Assembly (NCBI RefSeq): GCF_006345805.1
Contig: NC_043000.1
Location: 8,308,001-8,372,000 of the forward strand
Source: Octopus sinensis
Taxonomy: Eukaryota
Reading direction: 5' to 3'
DNA: 64,000 bases
The first letter of the stretch is position 1; each line of letters begins with the position of its first letter. The notes beneath the pieces are model-generated. The model saw only the letters and a list, made by a program, of their open reading frames with translations, was not told the origin of the DNA and made no database searches. Positions 1 through 13,312 of this stretch are shown piece after piece. The position numbers were made by a program, and so were the translations under genes.

Positions 1-50
1 ATAATTTAATTATTACATAGATAATACATATATATCACATATACAACATG

Positions 51-271
51 TACAAGGGGGTGCTGAAAAGTTCCTGACTTTAAGGGTGTTGTGAAAGGCC
101 TGGTTGCAGGTCCAACCTTCTGAGTTCTTTTTACAGGGCTTAGAAAAACTGAAGGACTGCTGCAATAAGTGTGTGAATCTGAGAGGGAAACATGTTGAAT
201 AAAATCATAATCAATTGATACTTCTGTATTCTATTTTATCCAAAGCCAGGAACTTTTCATAACCCCTTGCT
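51..271 (+). mobile_element. Mariner-derived MITE / internally deleted mariner
   Basis: TA + CAAGGGGGTGCTGAAAAGTTCCTGACTTT at the left and AAAGCCAGGAACTTTTCATAACCCCTTG at the right form imperfect TIRs. The interior reads FLQGLEKLKDCCNKCVNLRGKHVE*, resembling a mariner transposase C-terminus (GI.KL..RW.KC....G.YVE*). Confidence 0.75.
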
Positions 272-491
272 TATAATGCAGAAATACACTGCAGACTGCA
301 ATAATGTATGAAATAGAAATAAAATTTTAAGATTTATTGTTTTTCTGTAGTCTAGTACTGGTCTGTGGTTTGGTGAGATTTTAAAAACTTCCTCAAACAG
401 TATAAACCACCTTTAGAATCTTGTTATCATTCATAAACCTATCACTTCTGCTGTAAAGACTTCAGTAGATTATATTTGTGATAATTTATCT

Positions 492-759
492 TTCACCCTT
501 TCAGCAACATATTTCTGTTGAAATAGACTGCTTTTGTTTTAATTACTTTTCGAAAATAACAAAGAATTAACTAAGTTGGAACATGAAACATGAATTAACA
601 CAAAACTTGGAAGGCTTAAATTTTGATTACTTTAAACATTAATTATGTATCCTAGATCCAGGGTTTGTCTCAGGTCAGTTGGTATCAAAAGAGCTAAACT
701 CAAAGTTTGTATCACAGAACCAGGGATAGTCTCAGTTGGGTTTGTATGAAAAGGCTTAA
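492..759 (+). mobile_element. piggyBac-type (TTAA) MITE family A, degenerate, with duplicated 3' end
   Basis: Same internal sequence as 904-1129; the segment ...GTATCACAGAACCAGGG...CTCAG.TGGGTT.GTAT..AAAG occurs twice (about 645-697 and 703-759). Confidence 0.55.
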
Positions 760-903
760 TGTGAATCTGCACAGCGGAATAAGATCCTGCAGGAGATTTT
801 CTTGATCTTTCTTACTTGAAAGATTGTGATTTGATAAATTCCAATTCTTTAAGACTTGATTCATGCTTTTAGTTTTTATGCAGTATCTTGGGAATCAAGG
901 CTC

Positions 904-1129
904 TTAACCATCTTGTGGCCATATTTGCATTAAAATACACCGCTTTTCTTTCAATTTTAAAAATAATGGAGAAGTTAGTAAAATAATTTTGTCATTATTA
1001 AGCTGATGTTTGGAAGTTAAACTTGCATAAAATTTTGATGGAAGGTTATAATTTAGAATGCTTTCAAGCAGGAAGCTTGTATTATAGAACCAGGAGTGGT
1101 CTCAGGTGGGTTGGTATCAACAGGGTTAA
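904..1129 (+). mobile_element. piggyBac-type (TTAA) MITE family A
   Basis: TTAACC... to ...CAGGGTTAA. Related copies at about 14368-14592, 21756-21963, 30665-30870, 38385-38820, 39700-39890 and, reversed, 41886-42114. Confidence 0.65.
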
Positions 1130-3049
1130 AGAGTAAAAGATATTTTTAAATTTTGATCATGAAAATTTATTTCATTTATTCTTCTTCTGCAATTTGTATT
1201 CTTGTTTTTTTTTTTTTTCATGTAAACCTTGCAGAGATGCAGCTACTGAGTAATTAGCATTCTAGATGATTGCATGAGTAATTATTGCACTTTGTTATTG
1301 AACTTAAACAAGAGAAATATTTTTTAACATCTGCTGTTATCTCAGATCATTTCTCTTCTTGGTTGAATGGTTAGTATTAAAACTGTGAAGGACATTCAGT
1401 TGTAAAATCAGAGACAGTTTCAAATGCTTGGATATTTAGAATGATCTAACGTAACTTTCAAAAGCATGTAAAAAACACAAACAACAAAATCTACCAAGTG
1501 CACAATTTAATAGCCTGCTTCAGTGTTTCCTTTCAACATTGTTTAAATGTAACAACTCTACATCATCCATTCTGTTCCTATCAATTTATTAATATTCATA
1601 TTTCATAGGCCCCTTAAATTCCTAAATTGTTAGCATGAGTTTGTGTTGTAGCAGTGGCATTTATAGGTCAAGTGCAGCTTAATTCAGGCACCTTAAAATG
1701 TTTGGTTAAAATTAGATTTCTTTACCCCAGTTTTATCCAATTAACGAGAGTAAAACTTTAAACATGGAAATCTTGTGTAAGTTTTTAAGAACAGTTATTT
1801 TTAGTAAGAAATAAACACATTAAGCAGTCTTTTACCTGGGGTCTTGCAGTATTTTATTAGTGTTCTATAAACATCACAGGTTGATGTGATCTGGTATTTT
1901 TCCAAAGCCTTGAAAGTAAAATTGAGTATTTTTAGCACCAATATTTGTTTTGTATGTTTATTCTAAGGTAGCTTATGGCTATTTGATTAGCTCCAAATTA
2001 AAATCTAGAGCAAAATAACGAAGCTAGTTATTAGATGTTTCTTTACTCTGTTAGCAATCCATAATCATATAACTTCAAGTGTTGCAGTCAACACTTCTTT
2101 TTCATGTGTTTTATTGGCTTTATGATTTCATGAACACTGTTAGGAAACTCAAGCATTAAATGAAAGTACATCCACAATAGGTTATTGTAAGCAATCACCT
2201 AACTTGCTGTAAGATAAAAGTGTATTGTAAAAGTAGTGAAAATAATAAATAAAAAAAAGGAAAGCAAATCTATTGATCTTTATACACAGATAGCATTAAA
2301 ACAGCTAATTAGTTATTGATCCATAACACTTTTTTTCATTTTTGTAAATAGCTCCAGAATTTAACTTGTAGATCAAACGTATAGCTGTCTAGAAAAACAC
2401 TTCTATTTTTGATCTTTAAGTTAAATTTGTTTCCTGTTTTCCTTGAAAGATTCTGAAATACTCTTTTCTATAAATATATAAATATATATATATATATATA
2501 TTGGGAACTACTGAAAGAGGAAGAAATAGGAAAGAAAATAACCAAAAAAAGAGAGACGTTGCTGGATTGTGAAATATTTAGTTTATCATTTCACATATTC
2601 AAAATATAATTAGTTTTTAAAATTTAATATTGAATGATTAAGATTAATGATGGTACTAAATTTGAAAGTTCTTGTAATACACTTTCCTACATACATCTAC
2701 TTAGGATAAATGGGGAGAAGGAAAAGAAAGAGGTAGTTAAATTAAATTGTAAAATTTATAATTCCCTTTTAGAATGGCGAATCTCAAATCACATAAAGCT
2801 ATATTAAAAGAAAAATTATTTCATAATCTTTCAAAGTAAATTCTTATGATGTCAACAACTTACATTCCTTGCTGGTAAGAATAAAGTTTCTAAAGTGAAA
2901 AGAGAAGCTTGAAAAATTGCTTTGGTCCAGTGATAAAACGACTGTCATATTTACAAATGTGAATATGAGTTTAAAGGGCAGTCTTCAACCTTTTCTATCC
3001 AAAGAATTTTCAACCGAGTTTTTACATGGTATTGACAATATGCTGTGCT

Positions 3050-3298
3050 TGAGAAGCAAGGTCCATCAAGCCAAGTGAAATCGTAGTCGTGGCAGATACT
3101 GATGTCCCACAGCTGGAACCCGTGCTGGTGACACATAAAAGCACCAGTTACACTCTTGGAGTGGTTTGCATTAGGAAGGGCATCCACCCATAGAAAACAT
3201 ACCAAATCAGACTGGAATCTGGTGCAGCCTCTCAGTTTACCAGCCTAGTCAAACCATCCCAGCACGGACAACGGAGGTTATATGATGATAATGATGAT
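3050..3298 (+). mobile_element. SINE/RTE-tail repeat (family B)
   Basis: Contains TTAGGAAGGGCATCCA...CCAGCACGGACAACGGAGGTTA and a (GAT)n tail, shared with 6650-6812 and 12200-12376. Confidence 0.7.
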
Positions 3299-3350
3299 TG
3301 TTAATAGCTTTAAGAATTATTTCATGTTCCCTCAGAGTTTTATAAATTCT

Positions 3351-3740
3351 TAGGCATGGCTGGGTGGTAAGAAGTTTGCTTCTAATCACATGGCTTCGGG
3401 TTCAGTCCTACTGTGTGGAATCTTGGGCATGTGTCTTCTGCTATAGCTCTGACCAACCGAAGCCTTGTGATTGGATTTGGTGGAAGGAAACTGAAAAAAG
3501 CCTGTCATGTATATATATATGTATATATCTGTGTGTATTTGTGTATGTGTTTGTCTCTCACCACTGCTTGATAACCAGTGTTGGTGTGTTTATATCTCCG
3601 TACCTTAGCAGTTCGGCAAAAGAGACCGGTAGAATAAGTACCAGGCTTAAAAAGAAAATAGTACTGGTGTCAAATAGGTGCCCCAGTATGGCCACAGTTT
3701 ACTGACTGAAACAAGTAAACAATAAGAGATAAAAAGATAA
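3351..3740 (+). mobile_element. tRNA-derived SINE family A
   Basis: A-box-like TGGCTGGGTGG and B-box-like GGTTCAGTCC, core TTGGGCA.GTGTCTTCT, internal (TA/TG)n, tail ACTGAAACAAGTAAA...TAAAAAGA. Confidence 0.85.
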
Positions 3741-4184
3741 TATATATATATATATATATTCTATATAATTAGAAAACTTAAAATTGAATGATTAAGATGT
3801 AATGATGGTACTTTGGTTGCCAAGAATATGAGATTCAAGAAATGTCACAATTTTTGTTGGCTTCAATGACTCGAAATTTGATAGCAAAGTTATAATAAAG
3901 GGACACTTTTGATACAGAAGAAAACATTCTGTTAAGCACGAAGCTTTCTTTAACGCTGTTAATTTCAAATCATATATATATATATATATTAAATGACGAT
4001 GATGATTATATAAATATGTATATATTAATAATGTATGCATATATAAATGTGTATCTACTTTTAAGTAATATGTATAGATAGTTTTAAATTATGCATAGTT
4101 TAAAGTAATCTATACATACCACTTTAAGCAACGCATATGCATATATAGTACACAATATTATATAAATAATATCTATTTATTCCC

Positions 4185-4207
4185 GTATATATATATATAT
4201 TATATAT

Positions 4208-4257
<50 letters not shown>

Positions 4258-4401
4258 AATTGATACATTGATTTTAATATATATATATGTAAACTGATAT
4301 ATTGATTCTAACATACATATACATATATGTTTGTACACAATAATAACAATAATTCTAGGATGGAATTTATAAATATTTAATACATCACTATGTGTGTTTT
4401 C

Positions 4402-4438
<37 letters not shown>

Positions 4439-4604
4439 ATATATATGTATGTAGTATGTATGTATGATGTATGTATGTATGTATGTATATATATATAATG
4501 TATGTATGTATATGTATGTATGTATTATATATATGTATGTATATATATATTATATGTATGTATATATATATATATGTATGTATGTATATTATATATATGT
4601 ATGT

Positions 4605-4637
<33 letters not shown>

Positions 4638-4776
4638 ATATATATATATAATGTATGTATGTATATATATATATATATGTATGTATATATATATGTATGT
4701 ATGTATGTGTATATATGATGATGATGTATGTATGTATATGTATGTATGTATGTATATATATATATATGTATGTATA

Positions 4777-4808
<32 letters not shown>

Positions 4809-4902
4809 ATGTATGTATATATAATATATATTATATGTATGTATGTATGTATGTATATATATATATGTATGTATGTATGTATGTAGTATATATATATGTA
4901 TG

Positions 4903-4944
<42 letters not shown>

Positions 4945-5281
4945 TATATATATATATTATGTATGTATATATATATGTATTATATATATATATTATGTAT
5001 GTATGTATATATATGTATGTATGTATATATATATATTATATGTATGTATGTATATAATATATATATATATATGTATGTATGTATATATATATATTATATG
5101 TATGTATGTATATATATATATATATATGTATGTTATATATATATGTATGTATGTATGTGTATATATGATGATGATGTATGTATGTATGTATATAATATAT
5201 ATATTATATATATATGTATGTGTATGTATGTATATGTATGTATATATGTATGTATGTATGGATGTATGTATGTATATAATA

Positions 5282-5312
<31 letters not shown>

Positions 5313-5316
5313 TATA

Positions 5317-5349
<33 letters not shown>

Positions 5350-5368
5350 ATTATATATATGTATGTAT

Positions 5369-5399
<31 letters not shown>

Positions 5400-5626
5400 G
5401 TTATATATATATATGTATGTATGTATATATATAGTATGTATATATATATATATGTATGTATGTATTATATATATATATGTATGTAATATATATATATATA
5501 TGTATGTATGATGTATGTATGTATGTATGTATGTATGTATATATATGTATGTATGTATGGATGTATGTATGTATGTATGTATGTATGTAATGTATGTATG
5601 TATATATATATATGTATGTATGTATG

Positions 5627-5662
<36 letters not shown>

Positions 5663-5690
5663 TGTATATATATATACATATATATATATG

Positions 5691-5729
<39 letters not shown>

Positions 5730-6040
5730 GTATGTGTATATATGTATGTGTATATATGTATGTGTATATATGTATGTATATATATATGTATGTATATATA
5801 TATGTATGTATATATATATATATATGTATGTATTACATATATATATATATGTATGAATTATATATATATGCATATAATATATATATGTATGTATTATATA
5901 CATATAATTTATATATACATACACACAATCATGTGTATGAATGTATGTTTATAAATATATCCATCTATATATATATATATACATACATATATATATATAT
6001 ATATATATGTATTTATATATATATATATACACACACACAC
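4185..6040. repeat. ~1.85 kb compound (TA)n/(TATG)n microsatellite
   Basis: Seen directly; it produces the Y/I/M/V/C-rich pseudo-ORFs in the track. Confidence 0.98.
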
Positions 6041-6649
6041 CTGTATTTGTGAAATGATATATCAATTCTAATTCTTTGACATTTCAATAAGTTACAACCA
6101 AGTTTTATTTATTTTTTTTTTTTTCCATATTTTCTGAAAACATTTGGAATCACTGCCAGTGTTGCTATGCGGATCTGATTCTCAAATTCAGTTGAGAGTA
6201 TCTTATAGTTATGACAATGGCGATTGTCTGACTGCCATGCAAGTGGTTTTCACTGAGTGGATTTCTGTTTCATAGTCTTGATTACTATTGGGTGGTGGGA
6301 AGTTCGTCTCACAAACACATTGTCTCAAGATTGAATTCATAGTGCAGCACCTTAGGCATGTGTCTTCTACTGTTGACTTATGATTTATGAGTGACATTCA
6401 GTAGATGGAAATAGTGTAGTAGTCCATTGAGCCTGTATGTGTGTGTATATATATATATACATACATATATATATGCATGAATATCAATGTATGCCTGTTT
6501 GTGTAACATATATTTATGCATATACAAGGAATATATATATATATCTGTATCTGTAGACATTTACATGCATATATACTTACATATTGTACATGTATATATG
6601 TATATTATGTACGCACACACATACACACACGCATACATACACACGGACA

Positions 6650-6812
6650 TGCTCACTCTGTAAAGTGGTTGGCATTAGGAAGGGCATCCAGCCATAGAAA
6701 CCTTGCCAAATCAGACTTGAGTCTGGTGCAACTGTCCAACTTGCCAGTTCTGGTCAAACCATCCAACCCATGCCAGCATGGACTACAGATGTTAAATGAT
6801 GATGATAATGAT
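6650..6812 (+). mobile_element. SINE/RTE-tail repeat (family B) 3' end
   Basis: GTGGTTGGCATTAGGAAGGGCATCCAGCC...CCAACCCATGCCAGCATGG...GTTAAATGATGATGAT. Confidence 0.8.
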
Positions 6813-7259
6813 ATTGTGTGTATGTGCATGCATGTGTGTATGTGTGTGTGTGTGTGTGTATGTATATATAAATATATGTCCATCTATGTATGTATGTACA
6901 AAATATTTACAACATATGTCTCTGTGTGTGTGTATATAAATGTATATATGTATGTATACACATACATATTTTTATATATATTTACTGATGCATGCACACA
7001 CATATTGATAGTTGAAACTGGTGTTATATTGATGTTGTCCACCATTATTTCAGTGTGAGAATGAAATAAGCATTGGCATCTGTATGGCTAATGAAACCCT
7101 TGAAGGTGATTCTCTAGCTGGGCTACAGTTCAGTTATTGATATTGCTAAAAGTCTATAAGAATAATATTTCTTCTGTGAATTATGTTACTTATACAGATG
7201 AAGCTTTCATTTTTTTAGCTTGGTATACATAAATACATACATAAACACACACACACATA

Positions 7260-7294
<35 letters not shown>

Positions 7295-7734
7295 ATGTAT
7301 GTATCAAAATATTCAGATAGTGGATATTAAAATAAAAATCAGACTCTGTTAGTTGGTGATTGGAAACAAGCAACTCTGAGTACTGGAAATTGGAGCCTTT
7401 GAGTTATAATGTACTTAATAATAGCCTACATTTGTAGGGTGTCCTGTAATCTATCACATCCGGTGAAACAACAGAGATTTATATATATATATAAGGATGT
7501 ATATATATATAAAGATGAAAGGATGAGAGGTAGGTGAGTTAAGAGCGATAAGGTAATGAGTGAGAGGAGTGAGGGGGTAAGTAGTAGATAGGAGAGGTCG
7601 AGGATATAAGGTAAGAGAGGCAGCAAATGTAGGTTTTGGAGGGGACAAAATATTACATCCTCTGAATACTAGCCTTGTATCAGAGAGTATGTTGGTGTGG
7701 GTGATCGGGTTTTCTGCAGCACCATGTATCATCA

Positions 7735-9050
7735 GTCAGTATTGTCCTGTGTTGTAACCTCTGTGAGGTGCAGCATCTTCAGGTCCTCCTTCATTACTTT
7801 GCCCAATATCTTCTTTGGTTTCCTTCTGTCACAAGTTACATTAATTGACAGTGTTCAGCATTTTTGTACATAGCAGTCATCCTCCATATATGTCATGTGT
7901 CTCTATTAGCACAGCTTTCTCTTTTGAACACCAGACCATATCTGGTTCTTTGGATACCTAGTTTTATTCTTTGCTCATTTCTACTCTGGTGTTCATACAA
8001 ACTAACAATACACATCTGTTGAAACATGCTAACCTCATTTTTGTCTTTTTAATCTATGCATGCCTTCTATAATCAAGACCCATGTCTTATTAACATGCAG
8101 TATCACAGTTATACCACAAGCACCACATAATCTACCCTCCACTCTGAGGGAGAAAAAAAAAACCTTTGCCAGAAGAAATAATATTCTCCTAAATCTTTTC
8201 TGACTTCTTACTCTGGCTGCTATATTTTCTGATCAGCCACATCCCCTGTAATCATGTCTCCTTGGAAACAGAGGCTCTCAACTTCTAGTGAGCCATTCAC
8301 ACATATAAGTCAATTTGCTGTGCTCATAGTACGTATTGCTCCAGTTCGTCTGTCACATACAAAACATACTTTTCCCGTTTGTCTGCCTGTAATTCCACTT
8401 ATCTCTTGTGTGTTCATAGTTTACTCTTTCTCTGCATACTGAAACAAGACCATCTCTATTTTCTTTCCTACTTAATAACACATTAATCTTGTTTAGTTAC
8501 TCTTGAGGCCTCTTGGTTTTAGGTTCCATATATGGAAGCAGGCAGGGATTTTCCACTTACAGAAAATCCATATATGGATTTTACTTCAATATATTGCATT
8601 TTTCTATAATTCTATTATAGATTTATCTACAAGAATTAGATCATCTGTATATATATAGGAGTACCACTCAGAACCAGTCTTAAACTATTCTGTGATGACC
8701 TGCCATCATCTTCGTAAGGAGATTGCATCTCTGGTAGGGTGCTGAACTGCATTTCATCTAAGCTAACTCTGTTCCTGATCAACTGTGCAATGACCTTTTC
8801 AGTGACCTTCATAACCTGGTCCAACAATTTCATGTCTTTATAATTTCCTTTCTCCATAATTTCCCTTTACAGTAGTTTACAATGGTACTATAACATCTCC
8901 CTTTATTACTTGATTGACTGTCCAAGTGACTACCATGCATTCTACTTAGCCAGATATTTGGAGCATCTTGGTGACTGATGGGTCTGCAGCTTCCCTTCCC
9001 TTTATGTCCGCCATTGCTCTATCTACCACACTGCCATCTTACTCGTAGTG
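7735..9050 (-). mobile_element. Degenerate RTE-clade LINE fragments (RT and C-terminal region)
   Basis: ORF 8636-8857 reads GNYKDMKLLDQVMKVTEKVIAQLIRNRVSLDEMQF, matching the RTE RT motif NYRGI.LL...MK..E......R......Q.GF. The 7760-7830 segment resembles the RTE GRP.K.W C-terminus. Many stops and frameshifts. Confidence 0.75.
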
Positions 9051-9111
9051 CCACACAGTTGGACCATGCAGTTGGGAAGCAGACTTCTTACCACACAGCC
9101 ACACCTGCACC

Positions 9112-9375
9112 TATATTATATAATATAATATAATATAATATAATACAATACAATGCAACATATAATATAATATAACATATAATATAATATAGCACATAAT
9201 ATAATATAACACTGGCCTGCTCGCCTAGCCAGCGGGGTGGCGTCATTTGAAGGCTAAAACATTGCCAAGCGCATTGTGACCAGCGATGTGTAGCAACATC
9301 TGATAGCCTGGTTGGTCACAGTGATCACGGTGATAATATAACACATAATATAATATAACATATAATATAATATAG
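9112..9375. repeat. (ATATA)n pentamer satellite interrupted by a SINE 3' fragment (9212-9335)
   Basis: The insert CTGGCCTGCTCGCCTAGCCAGCGGGGTGGCG...GATCACGGTGATA recurs reverse-complemented at about 60165-60290. Confidence 0.8.
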
Positions 9376-9799
9376 TGTGTGTGTATGTTATGTGTATAAC
9401 ATAATATATATATGATTTATAAGGATGGTGCCTGTGATTTCAAAGGCCTGCTGATATATATTTTCATGTATGCATACACATTTTATATATACACATATCT
9501 GTAATTATGTGCATACCTTTATGTGCCAACAGGTTGGGAAGTATTCAGTTCAATGAGTACAGTTTATAGTTTTTATTTAAAAACTGTCTAATTCACAAAT
9601 TCAGTTACTAGTTTCCTGTAAATTTTATCTGAGATCTAGATACTGTATATAGTTGTGTGTGTGTGTGTGTGTAAAATCATGAATTCAAATGCACCATCTA
9701 TTTTCACAGTGAAGCTGTATGTTTGTTTATTGAATTTAACACATTTACAACTCAACCCACAAACAAGCGTTTCATGATTTTAGTTAATACATGTTTCAG

Positions 9800-9924
9800 G
9801 TGGTTGTAATGATATGAAAATATTCACTGGTCAGTGCTTATTGTCCATCATGCTCCTCGTAATTAGCCAAGTCAACCAATTCTGGCATTCTTTTCCAGTC
9901 TGCCTCTCTCTGCAGACGGGATGA
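9800..9924 (+). other. Candidate coding exon with hydrophobic C-terminus (unverified)
   Basis: Acceptor tgtttcag, then a phase-1 frame GCNDMKIFTGQCLLSIMLLVISQVNQFWHSFPVCLSLQTG* in a non-repetitive island; no homolog recognised. Confidence 0.2.
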
Positions 9925-10112
9925 TGTCTACACACCTGATAAGCTTGTAAATGATCAGACTAAACTAGTGGTGCCATTCTTCACTCCATTCGGCAAAGAA
10001 ACTTTTGTAGTTCAATCAGGGAATCTGTTTGTACTTTGTGGCTAAATGAAAGTTTATAAAGCATAAGCATATAAAGATATTTACAGTGTAAATATATTAT
10101 ATCATATTTACA

Positions 10113-10528
10113 GGTGCAGGAGTGGCTGTGTGGTTAGTAGCTTGCTTACCAACCACATGGTTCTGGGTTCAGTCCCACTGCGTGGCACCTTGGACAAGTG
10201 TCTTCTACTATAGCCTTGGGCCGACCAAAGCCTTGTGAGTGAATTTGGTAGACGGAAACTGAAAGAAGCCCGTCGTATATATGTATATGTATGTATATGT
10301 GTGTGTGTGTTTGTTTGTCTGTGTTTGTTCCCCCCAACATCGCTTGACAACCAATGCTGGTGTGTTTACGTCCCTGTAACTTAATGGTTCAGCAAAAGAG
10401 ACCGATAGAATAAGTACTAGGCTTACAAAGAATAAGTCCTGGGGTTGATTTGCTTGACTAAAGACGGTGCTCCAGCATGGTTGCAGTCAAATGACTGAAA
10501 CAAGTAGAAGAGTAAAAGAGTAAAAGAG
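10113..10528 (+). mobile_element. tRNA-derived SINE family A, full length, young
   Basis: GGTGCAGGAGTGGCTGTGTGG...GGGTTCAGTCCCAC head and (TAAAAGAG)n tail; near-identical to 34120-34520 and to 43952-44339 (reverse). Confidence 0.92.
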
Positions 10529-10599
10529 TGTATATGTGTGTGTGTGAATCAGAATCATTTTGGATCCATTTTTTCATGTCTGTATATGCAGGACTTACG

Positions 10600-11500
10600 T
10601 TTTTCAGTGCTGCATTTCGCCACTTGTTGCGTACATTATCATCTCTTTTCTGTGGTCATCCTTTACCATTTCTTCCCATATCTTCCACAGCCTTCTCTCT
10701 GCAGCTTCCCTCATTCAACATAGATTAATTGGTACTTCTTTATTCAGCTGTAATCCTCTAGAAGATTCATATCCACACAAGTGTAGTCTTCCCTCTTCAA
10801 TATAATATCTGTTTCTTCTCATATCCACTTTATTTGTCTTAAATCATTTCTGCTCTGTCTTTTAAGTCCATTAACGTTACACATCCAGCATCATCTCTTT
10901 CCTGCCTTTACATATCCTCTGCATTCAATATGCATGTGTCTTGACTGTGCAGTATTACACTTGGTAACACAAGCAGCATGTAAGCTGCTTTTGACTCACA
11001 GAGAAAATTCCTTTGTTGCCAATAACGGTGGAAACCCACTGTTATACTTGTTATACTGGCCATTATGTTTTTAGCACAGCCATTCTCCCTGTTGAATAGG
11101 TTATCTGGGTAACAGAAGCTCACAACTATATCTAAGGAGCTTTTAACATGTTTGAAAAGATTCATTTCATGGTCAGTTTCCTGAAATTGCAAATGGTGAT
11201 GTCATTTGCGTCATTGAATTTTAAGAGCCCTTATTCATTGCTTTAGCTGATGTATATTGGACAAGCCATCATAGTGTTGCTCAACATATCCATTGAAAAT
11301 TCTGGTGTGATTATAGTTATCTTTCTTTGTTGCTTCTTAACCACATTGCTGCCATGTGGTTGTTGTATGGTACAGAAGAAACTCCATATAAGGACTTTCT
11401 TTATCTGGCTGCTGTTTTCATGACCACAACTGGAGTCTGCCAAAATATTGTATTTTACTGTTTAATGAAGATGTATAAGGGTGGCTATTGCAGAATTGCT
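10600..11500 (-). mobile_element. Old degenerate RTE-like LINE fragment
   Basis: The minus strand near 10600-10800 resembles the RTE 3' region (GR..K.W...VKDD...W); no intact ORF. Confidence 0.45.
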
Positions 11501-11769
11501 GAAGAGTGAAAGTGAGATGAAGTTACTAAAGAGAGTGGGTTTTTGTTATTTAGTTGATGCTGGGAATTTTGAAGAAGATTTTGGAATGTTGTTTACCAGT
11601 ATGTCCATTCTGTGCTTGTATTTGATACAATGTCATTAAAGAGATGTGACTGAATAAATTTTCACTTGTTATTGTGTTTCACTGTAGAAAAGCACATCCT
11701 CAGTATTTCCCAGTTTTAGCTGAATAACTTATTGTATTGTAACACATGACCATACCAGCACAGTTACAA

Positions 11770-12376
11770 GAGAGGCGACTGCACTGGTATGGTCATGTGT
11801 TATGTATGAATGAGGACAGCTGTGTGAGGAAGTGCCACTCTCTAACTGTAGAAGGAACCTGTGAAAGAGGTAGACCCAGGAAGACATGGGAGAGGTGTTG
11901 AAGCATGACCTTCGAACATTGGGCCTCACAAAGGCAATGACAGGAGACTGAGACCTTTGGAGATTTTCTGTGTTTGAGAAGACCCGGCATCTAAAGTGAG
12001 ATCGCAGCCACGCATGTCCAGCCCTGATGCATCGGGTGATATGATATGCTTGAGAAGGTCTGTTGAGTCAAGTAAAACCAATATCGTAGCTGTGGCCAGT
12101 GCCTCCTGACTGGTTCCCATGCCACTGGCACGTAAAAAGCTCTATCCAAACATGATCAATGCCAGGCTTGCCTGCTTGGCTCCTGTGCCAGTGGAAAGTA
12201 AAAAGCACCCACTATACTCTCTGTGTGGTTGGCGTTAGGAAGGGCATCCAGCTGTAGAAACATTGCCAGATTAAATTAGAGCCTGGTGCTGCCGCTGGTT
12301 CTCAAGACCTCAGTCAAACTGTCCAACCCATGCCAGCATGGAAAACGGACGTTAAATGTTGATGATGATGATGATG
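11770..12376 (+). mobile_element. RTE LINE 3' end with 3' UTR and (GAT)n tail
   Basis: Reads RRLHWYGHVLCMNEDSCVRKCHSLTVEGTCERGRPRKTWGEVLKHDLRTLGL, the RTE C-terminal W.GH...GRP..TW signature, followed by the family-B tail. Confidence 0.88.
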
Positions 12377-12661
12377 AGAACTGAATTATTTTTTATTTGG
12401 CCAAATGTTCATCTTCACTCTTAGAAGCACAAATATAATATATCTGTTTTAAGTAAAGTATACTATAGTGCACCTAAACCGGAAATAGAAATAATGATTC
12501 AATAATGAAATGTACACACACACACATGTATATGTGTGTGTGAATATACACATATACGTGTGTGTGTGTGTGTGTACATGCTTACTTATCTACCTACCTA
12601 TCCACACACATGCACTTCTATGTGTGTATATGTATATACATACATATATATGTATTCATAG

Positions 12662-12716
<55 letters not shown>

Positions 12717-13266
12717 TGCATATGTACACACTATACATATACATGCAATATATTTCACGTACCTCCATTTGTGTGGGTATGTACATAATTCTGTTCACAG
12801 ATGGCAGCCTTAAATGCTAAATACCTTTCTGTCTTATTCTTCCTTACATTTCCTATACGCTGTTTTATCCCCCTGTCTGCTGTGACCATCCTGTCTTTCA
12901 CGATACTATGATCATGTGTGTGATCTGAGAGAAATTCAGCTACTGCTGAATCCCATAAACTCTAGTTTACATTGTGTCTATTATCAATGCTCCTTGATTG
13001 TGTCATTCTATATCTTAAGACAGTATCATATGACATTTCCATGAGCTCTTCGGGTGTCTCTTGGTGTACACTATTCTCAAATGTAAATTATATAGGTGTA
13101 GCTGTTTTATCATCTAATGCCCTATTGTTTCTCTTGTCTTCTACTCAGCTTAGGTCCCACTGCAATAAATAAATAAATAAATAAAATGTATCTGTTTCTT
13201 TTTGTAACCAAAATATGAAGTAGACTTGTTTTAAGCAATATACTAGGATGGGATGAAATAATAATA

Positions 13267-13302
<36 letters not shown>

Positions 13303-13312
13303 GTAATAATAA

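Noticed and set aside
2500-2950. Possible decayed PLE GIY-YIG C-terminus, and a short motif (ATTGAATGATTAAGAT..AATGATGGTACT) shared with about 3783-3812
   Set aside because: Too degenerate to translate convincingly; probably an old TA-inserted repeat, but the family cannot be supported by eye.
4464-6052. Long ORFs of up to 263 aa (MYVCMYIY... / HTYIHTYI...)
   Set aside because: Translation of TA/TATG microsatellite, which lacks stops in several frames. The same applies to the ORFs at 12.5, 16.7, 43.4, 47.6, 56-59 and 62.5 kb.
10113-10190. tRNA-like A/B boxes (also at 34120, 45152, 59115 and 60380-60460)
   Set aside because: These are SINE heads continuing into SINE bodies; no complete cloverleaf or acceptor stem, so they are not tRNA genes.
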